Below, one piece after another: positions 15,836 to 25,693 of a DNA stretch of 64,000 nucleotides; within the stretch, counting starts at the first letter, position 1, and every line of letters starts with the position of its first letter. The translations under genes and the position numbers were made by a program. Under the pieces are notes generated by a model that did not search any database, was not told the DNA's origin, and saw only the letters and a list, made by a program, of their open reading frames with translations. Location of the stretch: NCBI GenBank assembly GCA_964604165.1, contig CAZRYF010000013.1, positions 3,408 through 67,407 of the forward strand, in the 5' to 3' direction. The stretch is from an uncultured Enterobacterales bacterium. Its GTDB lineage: Bacteria; Myxococcota_A; UBA796; CAJQPC01.

Positions 15836-16830
15836 TGCCTGATCCGCGGCAGTTTGCATTCCTGGTGCATCCTCTCTCCCCATTCCAGCGAAGGGTGATG
15901 GGGGTACGCCGCGGCCACTTGGGTGCGGCTGTTGGCATGAAGGCCCCAGACCTGGCGTCAGGAGAGCTGTGCCGGTTTGGCGTGGGGGAGGCCCTGGAGG
16001 GCCGGGTGATCGCGCTCCCTCTTCTTCCGGGGACGCTGTTGGAAGATCAGGCCGGGGCGGTGAGTGCCATGAGACAGGTCACCGAGAGCCTGGAAGGGGT
16101 ACAAGCCGTGGGGCTGGGCTCCCTCTTGGCTGTGGTGGGCGGGCGAGGAGAGGAGCTGGCCCGTCGGGTGGACGTTCCCATTACCACCGGGGCAGCGGCC
16201 ACCGCATGGGCGGCCGCTGGCAATGCCCTGGAGGTGGCCCGCGCTGTGGGAGAGGAGCGGGTGGCTGTGTTGGGTTTCGGGGGAGCGGTGGGAGAGGCGG
16301 TGGCGAGACTCCTGGTGCGAAATGGGCTGCAGGTGCTTGCGGTCGGAAAGGGCAAAGCGCCCACGCGGCGAGCGGAAGAGGTTGGAGTTTCCCTGCGTTC
16401 CGTGGAGGAAGCGCTCGGGGCCACTCGGGTCGTCGTTGGGGCCGCCACGAGCGGCGGGGCTCTTGCGCCGGAGATCCTCCAGACGGAGACAGTCCTTGTG
16501 GACGTGGCGCTGCCGTCGACGCTTGCGCCGGGGCCTGTGCCAAGGGGGGTCCAGGTTCTTGCCGGAGAGGCCATGGAGCTTCCGCCGGGTTGGAGGCGTG
16601 GATTCTGGGGTTGGCTTTACCACTTCATCTCCGGCTACGGGCCGGGACAGATCTATGCCTGCCTTGCAGAGCCGCTGGTGATGGCCGCCCAGGGCCGGAC
16701 ACGGCCCTACGCCCAGGGCCGCGCGGTGGTACCGGAGGATCTGGAGGCGTTCTGCCGAGATGCAGAGGCCCTGGGCTTGAAGCATCGGTTGGCGACGGGT
16801 TGGCGACGGGTTGCTACCCTCGGAGGGTGA
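15835..16830 (+). CDS. long-chain acyl-ACP reductase (AAR)-like NAD(P)-dependent oxidoreductase
   Basis: ATG 15835 shares its A with the ACP TGA. The protein is collinear, from my recollection of cyanobacterial AAR, over the whole 331 aa: FAFLVHPLS (FGLIGHLTS), GRVIALPLLPGTLL, AVGLGSLLAVVG, ITTGAAATAW (FTTGNTHTAY), RVAVLGFGGAVGEAVARLL (Rossmann), VLVDVALP, GQIYACLAEPLVMAAQG (MFACFAEAMLLEFEG, catalytic Cys conserved). Confidence 0.6.
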   Translation: MPDPRQFAFLVHPLSPFQRRVMGVRRGHLGAAVGMKAPDLASGELCRFGVGEALEGRVIALPLLPGTLLEDQAGAVSAMRQVTESLEGVQAVGLGSLLAVVGGRGEELARRVDVPITTGAAATAWAAAGNALEVARAVGEERVAVLGFGGAVGEAVARLLVRNGLQVLAVGKGKAPTRRAEEVGVSLRSVEEALGATRVVVGAATSGGALAPEILQTETVLVDVALPSTLAPGPVPRGVQVLAGEAMELPPGWRRGFWGWLYHFISGYGPGQIYACLAEPLVMAAQGRTRPYAQGRAVVPEDLEAFCRDAEALGLKHRLATGWRRVATLGG

Positions 16831-18464
16831 AGCCCTCCCTCTTTCACCGGATTGCGTCCCGCAAGGCCCTGGTCGCCGAGGCGGTTCTCCTGGCCGTGCT
16901 CCTCTGGCTCGGGTGGCGGGTCTGGCCCATGGGGGGCGGCGAGGGAATGCCTTTCTGGGCCACCCGCCATGACCAGATGATCTCTGGTCCCGATGCTGGG
17001 GCCTGGGCGGCGGGTGCGCGGGCGCTTGCAGAGGGCCGGCTTGGAGACCTGGATGCCCACCGGATGCCCACCTGGATTGTGTTGACGGTTCTGGCCCATG
17101 TGGGGTACCCCCTGCTCTTGGCGGGACACCTGGTGAACCACCTGTTGCAATTCCTATTGCCGGTGGTGGTGTACGGGGTGGGACGAGCTGCCGGAGGCAT
17201 GTGGGTCGGATTTGGCGCAGGGGCACTGGTGGCGGCCAATCCGGTGTTGGTCGCCGCTTCCCGGCGCTTTGGGGTGGATCCCGCGGTGACCTTTGGGGTG
17301 CCGGCGCTGGTCGCGGTCTGCTTGTGGGGGGCTCGATCACCCAAACGATCTGTCTTGGCCGGCGGGGTTGCAGCGGCTGTGGGGGCAACACACTTCACGA
17401 CGCTGGGCTTTCCCTTGGCTGGCCTCCTGGGCATGGGTCTCTTGGCGCGGCGGGGAAAGAGGGTGCTGGTGCTCGTGGGGTACGGCGTGGGTTTGGGGCT
17501 TGCCTGGGGGGCTCTTTTTTCGGTGTTCCCCTGGGCGGGTTTCAGGGGGCTTCTTCTCGCGGTCCCCGAGGGCATCACTCCCGGGGAGTTTCCCCTTCAA
17601 GGCAGCCCCACCGCTGTCTGGGGGCCGGCCCTGGAGATCATGCGATCGGGCGCCTCCACCGCAGTGGAGGATGCGGTCACCGGAATGGCCCGGCTCCTGC
17701 GTCCAGGTTGGCTTCCCTGGGGGGCTTCTGTGACTTTTCTCTGGCTGGGGGTGCCGGGGTTGGCTCTGAAACCCCGCCGGGAAGACCTGTCGGGTTGGCG
17801 CCGCTGGCGGGGGGAGTCGTGCTGGAAGAGCGGCCTGCTTCTGGTGGTCTGCCTCGCCCCCCTGCCGCTGTTCGCCGCTGCGGATGCGGAGCCCCGGTAC
17901 AGCCACAACCTGCTTCCCGTCGCTGCGCTGCTCATGGTGCGCGGGTGCGTGAGCGGCGCATCTCTGGTGGAACGCGTGGTGCTGGAACGGGTCCCTTTGG
18001 AGCGCTGGCCCCGTGGGCTTCTGGGGGCAGTGTGCGGTGTCGGGCTCGCCTTGGGCTACATCCAGAGCTCCGGGGTCAGTCGGAATCAACAACCTCCCCC
18101 CTTGTTCGGCGTGGTCGCCATGGAGATCGGGGAGGCGGTCACCTCCCACTTTCCTGGACAGGGGGGGCTCGTGTGCGATCTAAGGGAAGTAGAGGCCTAC
18201 ACGGCCCGCCGCACTTGCCCCGGCACGGTCTGCCCCCCGGTGGCCAATGCCGGCGCCTTTGACTTCTGCCTGTCGATTCTGCGGGCGGAGTGTGATGGAG
18301 ACGGACCCATTCCGTATGTGGCGCTGAACCGGGGACCCATGGACGAGCGGACCGACGCCAAGGCCGCATTCGATGCCTGGATCGTGGAGTCGTTCGGGAC
18401 CGTCCAGCGGGTTCGCATCGGACCCTTCGATGCGCAGCTGGTGGAAATTCCACGCTCGCCCTAG
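16827..18464 (+). CDS. polytopic membrane protein, GT-C-like (ArnT/PMT-type) glycosyltransferase candidate
   Basis: Frame of ORF 15969-18464. The start is GTG 16827, overlapping the upstream TGA (GTGA). It has about 12 hydrophobic segments followed by a soluble Cys-containing C-terminal domain. The family call rests on architecture only. Confidence 0.45.
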   Translation: MKPSLFHRIASRKALVAEAVLLAVLLWLGWRVWPMGGGEGMPFWATRHDQMISGPDAGAWAAGARALAEGRLGDLDAHRMPTWIVLTVLAHVGYPLLLAGHLVNHLLQFLLPVVVYGVGRAAGGMWVGFGAGALVAANPVLVAASRRFGVDPAVTFGVPALVAVCLWGARSPKRSVLAGGVAAAVGATHFTTLGFPLAGLLGMGLLARRGKRVLVLVGYGVGLGLAWGALFSVFPWAGFRGLLLAVPEGITPGEFPLQGSPTAVWGPALEIMRSGASTAVEDAVTGMARLLRPGWLPWGASVTFLWLGVPGLALKPRREDLSGWRRWRGESCWKSGLLLVVCLAPLPLFAAADAEPRYSHNLLPVAALLMVRGCVSGASLVERVVLERVPLERWPRGLLGAVCGVGLALGYIQSSGVSRNQQPPPLFGVVAMEIGEAVTSHFPGQGGLVCDLREVEAYTARRTCPGTVCPPVANAGAFDFCLSILRAECDGDGPIPYVALNRGPMDERTDAKAAFDAWIVESFGTVQRVRIGPFDAQLVEIPRSP

Positions 18465-18512
18465 GGCTGCGGATGGCATAGAACGCGGCCAACCTCAAGA
18501 GGGAGCGGTGGT

Positions 18513-19865
18513 TTGTCCGAGCGTGTGCCCGAGCCAAAGAAGGTCTTCATCAAGACCTTTGGCTGCCAGATGAATGTCTACGACAGCGGCAAGATGCAGG
18601 CGCTGTTGGGGAAGGACGGGTACGAGCCGGTGGACAGCCCGGAAGAGGCAGATCTGGTGCTTGTGAACACGTGCTCTGTGCGGGACAAGCCGGAGCAGAA
18701 GCTCTACTCCTTTATCGGTGAGGTCAAGCATCTTCGCAGCCAGGGAACCACCATCGGCATCGCGGGCTGCATGGCCCAGCATGATGGGGAGCGTCTCTTC
18801 AAGAAGTACAAGAAGGACGTGGACCTGGTGTTTGGTCCCGATCAGGTGCCGCGCATCCAGGATCTCGTGGAGCGGGCCGGTTCTGAGCGGGTGCTGGACA
18901 ACCGATTCATGGACGTGGACCACTACCCCTTCGTGCGAGAGCTCGCCCCCAAGCACGCTGCCGGGGTGGGGGCGTTTGTCACCATTCAGAAGGGTTGCGA
19001 CAACCGGTGTACCTTCTGCATTGTCCCCGCGACCCGGGGGGTCGAGGTCTCCCGTCCGTCCGGGGAGATCCTGGAGGAGGTGCAGGCGCTGGCGGAGCGG
19101 GGCAGCAGGGAGATCACTCTGATCGGCCAGAACGTGAACTCCTATGGACTCAAGGTGGATGGGGAGATCACCTTTGCCCAGCTGCTATACGCCGTGGCCA
19201 AGGTGCCCGGTGTGGAGCGCATTCGATACACCACCTCCCACCCCCGGGACATGGGGCCGGACGTGGTGCAAGCCTACCGGGACCTTCCGGAGCTCACCTC
19301 CCACCTCCATCTGCCCGTCCAGTCCGGGTCCAACCGGGTCCTGCGCCGCATGAAGCGCTTTTACTCCCGGGAGCACTACCTGCAGGTGGTGGCGGACCTG
19401 CTGGAGGCCCGCCCGGACCTGTCCCTGAGCACGGACGTCATTGTGGGATTCCCCGGGGAAACCGACGCCGACTTTGCGCAGACCATGACGCTGCTGGAAG
19501 AAGTGCGGTTCGACGGATCCTTCTCCTTCAAGTACTCTCCGCGCCCGGGCACACCGGCTCTGCGCATGGAGTCGGAGGCCGTGCCAAACGAGGTCGCTTC
19601 GGCGCGGCTCCAGTGCTTTCAGGATCGCCAGCGAGAGCTGCAGATGGAGTCGAACCGGGCCATGGAGGGACAGGTCCACGAGATCCTTGTGGAAGGCCGA
19701 AGTAAGTGGGAAGAAGACGTGGCCTGCGGCCGCACCGGTACCTTCAAGATGGTGAACTTTCCCGGCACCCCCGACCTGGTGGGGCGCACGGTGCCGGTGA
19801 GAATTCTGCGGGGCTTCTCCAATTCCCTTCGAGGGGAGCTGTTGGCCTTGCCCGACGGCCCTTGA
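18513..19865 (+). CDS. miaB: tRNA-2-methylthio-N6-dimethylallyladenosine synthase
   Basis: KVFIKTFGCQMNVYDSGKM (UPF0004 domain), the radical-SAM motif CDNRCTFCIVP, and a C-terminal TRAM-like region. Confidence 0.9.
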   Translation: MSERVPEPKKVFIKTFGCQMNVYDSGKMQALLGKDGYEPVDSPEEADLVLVNTCSVRDKPEQKLYSFIGEVKHLRSQGTTIGIAGCMAQHDGERLFKKYKKDVDLVFGPDQVPRIQDLVERAGSERVLDNRFMDVDHYPFVRELAPKHAAGVGAFVTIQKGCDNRCTFCIVPATRGVEVSRPSGEILEEVQALAERGSREITLIGQNVNSYGLKVDGEITFAQLLYAVAKVPGVERIRYTTSHPRDMGPDVVQAYRDLPELTSHLHLPVQSGSNRVLRRMKRFYSREHYLQVVADLLEARPDLSLSTDVIVGFPGETDADFAQTMTLLEEVRFDGSFSFKYSPRPGTPALRMESEAVPNEVASARLQCFQDRQRELQMESNRAMEGQVHEILVEGRSKWEEDVACGRTGTFKMVNFPGTPDLVGRTVPVRILRGFSNSLRGELLALPDGP

Positions 19866-19934
19866 AAGAGAGCCCACGACGTCTTAATCGGCGGCGCAGG
19901 TCGTTCAGGAAGAACGGCTCCAGGAGCAATTGCA

Positions 19935-20954
19935 ATGCATTTGCAGTCAAACCGCCCGCTTCCGACGGGGCTTTTGGCGGGGGAGAGGCGCACGCTCGTC
20001 GCGCCTGCAGAGCAGGCGGTGTCCCTGGTGAGCGCGGAGTTGGCCGAGGCTGAGAGGCTTCTCCATGATCTGTTGCGCTCGGATGTAGAGGCGGTCAGTG
20101 AGATCGGTCAGTACCTGGCGGAGTCTGGGGGCAAGCGGATTCGGCCGCTGCTGACGGCCCTGGGGGCGCGGGCTGCCGGCAACCTTCGGCCTGTGGCACG
20201 CCTCATGTGTGTGGGGGAGCTCTTGCACCTGGGTTCCCTGCTTCATGACGACGTGGTGGACGATGGGCATGAGCGCCGCGGCCGGCCGGCCGCTCAGAGG
20301 GTCTTTGGCAATCCAGCAGTGATTCTGACCGGGGACCACTGCGTCTCCACGGGCATCCTGATCGCTGCGGAAGAAGCCGGGCTGGATGCGGTGACGGAGT
20401 TGGCCCGGGTGGTGGCTTCCATGTCCGAGGGAGAGGTGACCCAGCTGCTGAACACCGGGAATCTGGCTCTCGAGCTCGACACCTACTTCGAGGTCATCGA
20501 CAAGAAGTCCGCCTCCCTGATCTCCTGGTGTGCAGCAGCGGGGGCCTGGGCGGTGGAGGATCAAGAGGCTGCCCGTGCGCTGGCCCAGTTCGGACGCCAC
20601 GTGGGGCTGGCCTTTCAGATTACGGATGACGTCCTTGATTACACCGGCGAGAAGAGCTTGACCGGCAAGAGGCAGGGCCAGGACCTGGCCCAGTGCAAGC
20701 TCACCCTCCCCCTGTTGCTCGCCATGGAGCGGGTGCCGAGCTTGGGGGCCGAGCTGTCGGCCGGGGCTCCCTCCCCGGACCGGATTCCGAGCCTCATGGC
20801 GTCTGTGCATGCCTGTGGTGCAACCCAGGATGCCTTGCAGCGAGCCCATGGCCACGTGTCAAGTGGACTGGAGGCCCTGGGGCGCCTGCCGAGCAGCCCG
20901 GCCCGTCACTCCCTGGAGCTTCTGGCGCACCACCTGGTGGAGCGGGTCAGCTGA
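19935..20954 (+). CDS. long-chain polyprenyl diphosphate synthase (IspB/HepT-like)
   Basis: Two Asp-rich motifs are present: LLHLGSLLHDDVVDDGHERRGRP and FQITDDVLDY. Confidence 0.9.
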   Translation: MHLQSNRPLPTGLLAGERRTLVAPAEQAVSLVSAELAEAERLLHDLLRSDVEAVSEIGQYLAESGGKRIRPLLTALGARAAGNLRPVARLMCVGELLHLGSLLHDDVVDDGHERRGRPAAQRVFGNPAVILTGDHCVSTGILIAAEEAGLDAVTELARVVASMSEGEVTQLLNTGNLALELDTYFEVIDKKSASLISWCAAAGAWAVEDQEAARALAQFGRHVGLAFQITDDVLDYTGEKSLTGKRQGQDLAQCKLTLPLLLAMERVPSLGAELSAGAPSPDRIPSLMASVHACGATQDALQRAHGHVSSGLEALGRLPSSPARHSLELLAHHLVERVS

Positions 20955-21688
20955 TGTCCTTGCAGGTCGAATCCACACCCACCGCGGGATCTTCGGAGCG
21001 AGCACCGGAGGTCCAGGCCATGTTTGACCGGATTGCCGAACGCTATGACCTGGCCAACCGGGTGTTGAGCCTGGGAATGGACCCGGGGTGGCGACGGGAG
21101 GCCGTGGAGGCCCTTGGGCCCGCGGCTTCTGGTGAGGTGCTGGACCTGTGCGCAGGGACGCTGGACTTCACCGTGATGCTGCTTGAGAACGGTGTGAAGC
21201 AGGTCACGGCGGTGGACTTCTCCCAGGGCATGTTGGATCAGGGACGGACCAAGCTGGCTGGGGATGCTCCGGTGGAGGTGGTGGCAGCGGATGCGCGGAA
21301 GCTGCCGCTGCCAGACAACAGCGTGGACGGCATCTTGTGCGGTTTTGGCTTGCGCAACGTGCCGGAGGTCGAGCGTGCCTTGGGCGAGTGCAAGCGGGTT
21401 CTTCGTGAAGGAGGGTGCCTGGTGGTGTTGGACTTTTTCCAGCCCTCGGGGGCGGTGTCCCGTTTTCTGCAAGACAGCTACAACCGCTGGGTGGTGCCGG
21501 TGGTTGGCGGCCTGATCACGGGGAGCCCGGAGAGCTATCGCTACCTTGCGGACTCCATCGACGCTTTTTCCACGCGGGAAGAATTTGAGCGGGCGCTCTC
21601 GGCCCTGGGCTTTCAATGTGATGGAAGGGAGGTCTTCCCTCCGGTCGCCTCGCTCATTGTCGCCACACTCAGGAGTGACGATGCTTGA
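20954..21688 (+). CDS. ubiE: demethylmenaquinone / ubiquinone C-methyltransferase
   Basis: Frame of ORF 20693-21688. ATG 20954 shares its A with the upstream TGA. The sequence shows FDRIAERYDLANRVLSLGMDPGWRR, the SAM motif VLDLCAGT, and FGLRNV. Confidence 0.85.
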   Translation: MSLQVESTPTAGSSERAPEVQAMFDRIAERYDLANRVLSLGMDPGWRREAVEALGPAASGEVLDLCAGTLDFTVMLLENGVKQVTAVDFSQGMLDQGRTKLAGDAPVEVVAADARKLPLPDNSVDGILCGFGLRNVPEVERALGECKRVLREGGCLVVLDFFQPSGAVSRFLQDSYNRWVVPVVGGLITGSPESYRYLADSIDAFSTREEFERALSALGFQCDGREVFPPVASLIVATLRSDDA

Positions 21689-23054
21689 GGGTCTCCCGGT
21701 CGAAGGGGACGGAAGCACCGGCTCCGCGCTGGTCCGGGTGCACCTGGATCTGGGAGAGGAAGATCCCTTCACCCTGTTGCGGGGACGGGCGCCGGCGCCC
21801 GAGGTCTTTGCGTGGAGTGACCCCCGGGAGGACCGCTGCTTTGTGGCAATGGGTCTTGCAGACGCGGCCTTGCTCGAAGGCCCAAGGCGGTTTCAACAGG
21901 CGGCGACCGCCTGGGGTGAGTGGTCTGCAGCCCTGCGCATCCTGGAGGCGGACGACACCCCTTTGGCACTGGGAGGGTTTGCCTTTGCTGCCAGGCCTCG
22001 TGGGGAGACCTGGTCAGGGTGGCCCGATGGTTTTCTTTGGGTTCCGCGCTTGCTGGTTCAGCGGCGAAAAAGCCGAACCACGGCGGTTTTTACCGCGCGC
22101 GTTGATCGGGGCGACACCCGTCCCATCCTGGAGAACTTCGAGGACTGTCTCCTGTGGCTTGGGGCGCTGTCCAACAAGGTCCGGATTGAGAAGACTCTCT
22201 GTCTTCCCTCGGAGGATGCTGGAGGGATCGATCACCTGGATCGCTGGCAAAAGCAGGTGGGGGACGCGCTGCGCTCCGTGGCAGATGGCGTCTTGCAGAA
22301 GGTGGTGCTGGCTCGCCAGGTGGACTGGAGAGCGCCGGCGGGGACCCGCTTTGACGCAGGGGCCACGGCCATTGCCTTGAGGGACCAGCAGCCGGACTGT
22401 ACGGTGTTCCTGGTGGAGGGGCCGGGAGAAGGGGCCTTTGTGGGAGCTTCTCCCGAGGAGCTTGTGCGGCTCTCCGGGGGAGCGGTTCGGACGGTGGCCC
22501 TTGCGGGTACGGCGCGACGACTGGCGGGAGAGGCGGAGGATGCCCTGGCACGCAAGACGCTGCTCTCCAGCGAGAAGGATCGGGAAGAACATCGGCTGGT
22601 GGCCCAGGCCCTCCGGGAGTCGCTGGCCCCGCTTTCTTCGGAGCTCTCAGAAGACGAGACACCCGAGCTGGCGAGCTTTGCAGATGTTCACCACCTGCGC
22701 ACTGGATTCCAGGCCAGCCTCAAGGAGGGGGCGTGCTTGTTTGACCTGGTGGAGGGACTTCACCCGACGCCGGCGGTGGGGGGGCTGCCAAGCCGCGCGG
22801 CGCTCGCGTGGATCGAGTCCCACGAAGTCCGGGATCGGGGCTGGTATGCCGCGCCGGTGGGGTGGTTGAATGCCCAGGGGGAAGGGGTGTTCATGGTGGC
22901 GATCCGGTCGGCGCTCTTGCAGGGGGAGAGCGCCACGGCGTTTGCGGGCTGTGGTCTCGTGTCGGCCTCGGACCCGGACCAGGAGTGGAACGAGTCCCTG
23001 GCCAAGTTCCACACGGTTCGCCAGGGGATCGTGCACCGTACGGACGAGGCGTGA
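21681..23054 (+). CDS. menF: isochorismate synthase
   Basis: ATG 21681 follows AGGAG (21671-21675). Chorismate-binding blocks are present: KVVLARQ, GASPEELV, EHRLV, LHPTPAVGG, RGWYAAPVGW, AIRSAL. Confidence 0.85.
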   Translation: MLEGLPVEGDGSTGSALVRVHLDLGEEDPFTLLRGRAPAPEVFAWSDPREDRCFVAMGLADAALLEGPRRFQQAATAWGEWSAALRILEADDTPLALGGFAFAARPRGETWSGWPDGFLWVPRLLVQRRKSRTTAVFTARVDRGDTRPILENFEDCLLWLGALSNKVRIEKTLCLPSEDAGGIDHLDRWQKQVGDALRSVADGVLQKVVLARQVDWRAPAGTRFDAGATAIALRDQQPDCTVFLVEGPGEGAFVGASPEELVRLSGGAVRTVALAGTARRLAGEAEDALARKTLLSSEKDREEHRLVAQALRESLAPLSSELSEDETPELASFADVHHLRTGFQASLKEGACLFDLVEGLHPTPAVGGLPSRAALAWIESHEVRDRGWYAAPVGWLNAQGEGVFMVAIRSALLQGESATAFAGCGLVSASDPDQEWNESLAKFHTVRQGIVHRTDEA

Positions 23055-24802
23055 CCACCGCGGCTGGGAACGCGCGCCATGCGAACGCTCTGGTGGAGGC
23101 GCTCGTGGGGCTGGGGGTGCGCCATGCGGTGCTCTCACCTGGAGCCCGGAACACCCCCCTGGTGATGGCCTTCCACGCCCTGCGGGAGAAGGTCCAGCTG
23201 CATTCGGTCCTGGATGAACGATCCGCTGGGTTTGTGGGCCTGGGCCTGGCACGGGCCAGCGGAGCGCCGGTGGCCTTGTCCTGTACCTCCGGGACGGCGG
23301 GGGCCCACTGGTTGCCTGCGATGATCGAGGCTTCCGAGTCCGGTCTTCCCCTGGTGGCCATTACGGCAGATCGCCCCACTGAGCTTCACGACTGCGGGGC
23401 TCCCCAGACCCTGAACCAAGCTCGGTTCTTTGGCGACCACGTACGGGCTTTTCATGACCTTGGAGAGCCGGCTCCAGAGATCACCCCCCGCTGGTTGGCC
23501 CGCATCGCAGCTCAGGCGGTGGATGCCGCCACGGGCGCTGCACCGGGTCCCGTGCACCTGAATGTGCGCTTTCGCAAGCCTTTGTGGGAGCCCGGCTTGG
23601 AGTCGGTGGTGCACCTGGATGGCGCCCCAGGGACCCCGCGGGTGGTTCGATCGAGGCCTCGCCTCGCCGATGCGGAGCTGGATTCCCTGGCAGAAGAATT
23701 CTCGTCCGTGGAACGCGGCGTGATCGTCTGCGGCGTGCGGGATGGGGTGGGGGTGCTGGAAAGCGATGGCTTTGCCTCGGCCCTGGCTCGCCTCTCCCGG
23801 AAGCTTGGGTGGCCCGTGTTCGCGGAGCCGGGCTCGAACGTGCGCTTTGGACCTCTCGAGAGCACCTGTCGTGTGGAGGGGGGGGACGCCCTGCTGCGAA
23901 ATCCGGAAGCGGCGGCTGCTCTCCAGCCGGAGAGGGTGCTTCGTTTCGGGCGCAGTCCGGTCTCAAGCGTTCTGTCCGGTTGGTTGACGCGCCAGGCTCC
24001 GGATCGGGTGATCGCGGTCAATGAGACCGGCGCCTGGTTGGATGCGGAGCGAAACCTTGGTCGACTCTTTGTGGCGGAAGATGCGAGTTTCTGCGACAGC
24101 CTCGCAGGCCGGCTGCCGCAGCGGTCCAGCCACTGGTGGCAGGAGTGGAGCGACCTCTCTGAGCGGGTTGGATCTGTGGTTGAACGGTCCACCCGGGAGC
24201 CTGGTTGGGCGGGGCACGTGGTGCGGAGTCTCGTGGAAGGACTCCCGGGGGGCTCCTTGCTCCATGTGGCAAGCAGCATGGCGGTGCGGGATCTGGACTC
24301 CTTTGGCCCCCCCACGGACAAGAGATTATTTGTGTCATGTAATCGGGGGGCAAATGGGATTGATGGGACCCTCTCCACGGCGCTCGGACAGGGGCTTGCA
24401 TGGAAGCAGGGACCGGTGGGGGTGCTCCTTGGAGACCTGGCCTTTCTCCACGATGCAGGTGCGTTGCGCTCCTTGAAAAACGCATCCGTCTCCATGCCCA
24501 TTGTGGTGGTTGACAATGGTGGCGGGGGCATCTTCGAGTACCTCCCCATGGAGGCCTCGGAGGCGTTTGAGCCCTGGTTCTTGACGCCCCAGAATGCGGA
24601 TATCCCCGCGCTTGTGAAGGCCGCTGGCCTCCCGTGCACAAGCTACCCCCGGGGCGAGGGGCTGTCGGATGCGTTGTCCTCCATGGGCCCTGGTCCCCAG
24701 GTGCTATACGTGCCGGTGGATCGCGCGCTGGATCGAGCGCGGCATGTGCAGTTCTGGAGCGATGTGGCGGCCTTGGCGATGCCTATGATCGCCAAGGGGT
24801 AG
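23051..24802 (+). CDS. menD: 2-succinyl-5-enolpyruvyl-6-hydroxy-3-cyclohexene-1-carboxylate (SEPHCHC) synthase
   Basis: GTG 23051 overlaps the menF TGA. The sequence shows [41 protein letters not shown] and [11 protein letters not shown] (ThDP enzyme). Confidence 0.85.
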   Translation: MTTAAGNARHANALVEALVGLGVRHAVLSPGARNTPLVMAFHALREKVQLHSVLDERSAGFVGLGLARASGAPVALSCTSGTAGAHWLPAMIEASESGLPLVAITADRPTELHDCGAPQTLNQARFFGDHVRAFHDLGEPAPEITPRWLARIAAQAVDAATGAAPGPVHLNVRFRKPLWEPGLESVVHLDGAPGTPRVVRSRPRLADAELDSLAEEFSSVERGVIVCGVRDGVGVLESDGFASALARLSRKLGWPVFAEPGSNVRFGPLESTCRVEGGDALLRNPEAAAALQPERVLRFGRSPVSSVLSGWLTRQAPDRVIAVNETGAWLDAERNLGRLFVAEDASFCDSLAGRLPQRSSHWWQEWSDLSERVGSVVERSTREPGWAGHVVRSLVEGLPGGSLLHVASSMAVRDLDSFGPPTDKRLFVSCNRGANGIDGTLSTALGQGLAWKQGPVGVLLGDLAFLHDAGALRSLKNASVSMPIVVVDNGGGGIFEYLPMEASEAFEPWFLTPQNADIPALVKAAGLPCTSYPRGEGLSDALSSMGPGPQVLYVPVDRALDRARHVQFWSDVAALAMPMIAKG

Positions 24803-24808
24803 AGACAG

Positions 24809-25693
24809 GTGGAACGCCCCTCTCCTGCCCGTGCCTGGTGGTTGGCCCTACGTCCCGCCACACTCTGGGCCGGGGCGGTGCCGGTGGGGGTGGGGGCTGC
24901 CGTGGCCGTGCAAGCGGGCGTGTTTGCCTTGTGGCCGGCCCTGGCCGCGCTCCTGGGGGCCCTGTTGATCCAAGTGGGCTGCAACCTCGCCAATGACACC
25001 TTCGACTTTGCCCGGGGGGCTGACACGCCGGACAGGCTGGGGCCGGCCCGGGCCACGCAGAAGGGCTGGCTCACCCCGGCGCAGGTGGCCAGGGGGGCGG
25101 GCGTTTCCCTGTTCCTGGCCCTGCTTGTGGGCGTGTACCTGGTGGCGGTGGGGGGATGGCCCATTCTGTGGGTGGGGGTGGCCAGCTTGATCTCGGCGGT
25201 GGCGTACACAGGTGGACCCTTTCCACTGGGGTACCACGGCTTGGGGGACCTCTTCGTGCTGGTGTTTTTCGGGTTTGTGGCGGTGTGTGGGACGGTCTGG
25301 GTCCAAGGCCTGGTGGTTCCCCAGGCTGCCCTCTACGCGGCACTGCCGGTGGGGTCGCTGGCCACGGCGATCTTGGTGGTGAACAACCTTCGTGATCGGC
25401 ACACGGATGCGGTGGCGGGCAAGAGAACGCTAGCGGTGCGCCTGGGTGTGCGAGCCACCCGGCTGGAGTACGTTCTTTTACTGGCGGCTGCCTTTGCCTC
25501 GTTGCCGCTTGGGTGGGCCCTTGGAGACCTTCATCCGGGCTGGATGCTGCCACTTCTGTGTCTCCCCCTGGCCCGGCGGGAAATTCGTGGGGTCCTTGGA
25601 CGAGATGGGGCAGCGCTGAACGCGCACCTGGCAGGGACCGCCAGGTTGGAGCTTGTGTTCGGGCTTCTTCTCGCCCTGGGGATGAACCTGTGA
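24809..25693 (+). CDS. menA: 1,4-dihydroxy-2-naphthoate polyprenyltransferase (UbiA family)
   Basis: Polytopic membrane protein with [14 protein letters not shown] and [19 protein letters not shown] motifs. Confidence 0.8.
   Translation: MERPSPARAWWLALRPATLWAGAVPVGVGAAVAVQAGVFALWPALAALLGALLIQVGCNLANDTFDFARGADTPDRLGPARATQKGWLTPAQVARGAGVSLFLALLVGVYLVAVGGWPILWVGVASLISAVAYTGGPFPLGYHGLGDLFVLVFFGFVAVCGTVWVQGLVVPQAALYAALPVGSLATAILVVNNLRDRHTDAVAGKRTLAVRLGVRATRLEYVLLLAAAFASLPLGWALGDLHPGWMLPLLCLPLARREIRGVLGRDGAALNAHLAGTARLELVFGLLLALGMNL

Noticed and set aside
15958-17391. 477-aa minus-strand ORF, and the 5' extension (15969-16826) of the 831-aa plus-strand ORF
   Set aside because: Both overlap the well-supported AAR-like gene. 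Their translations are Arg/Gly/Pro-rich. The membrane protein has a natural GTG start at 16827 coupled to the upstream stop.
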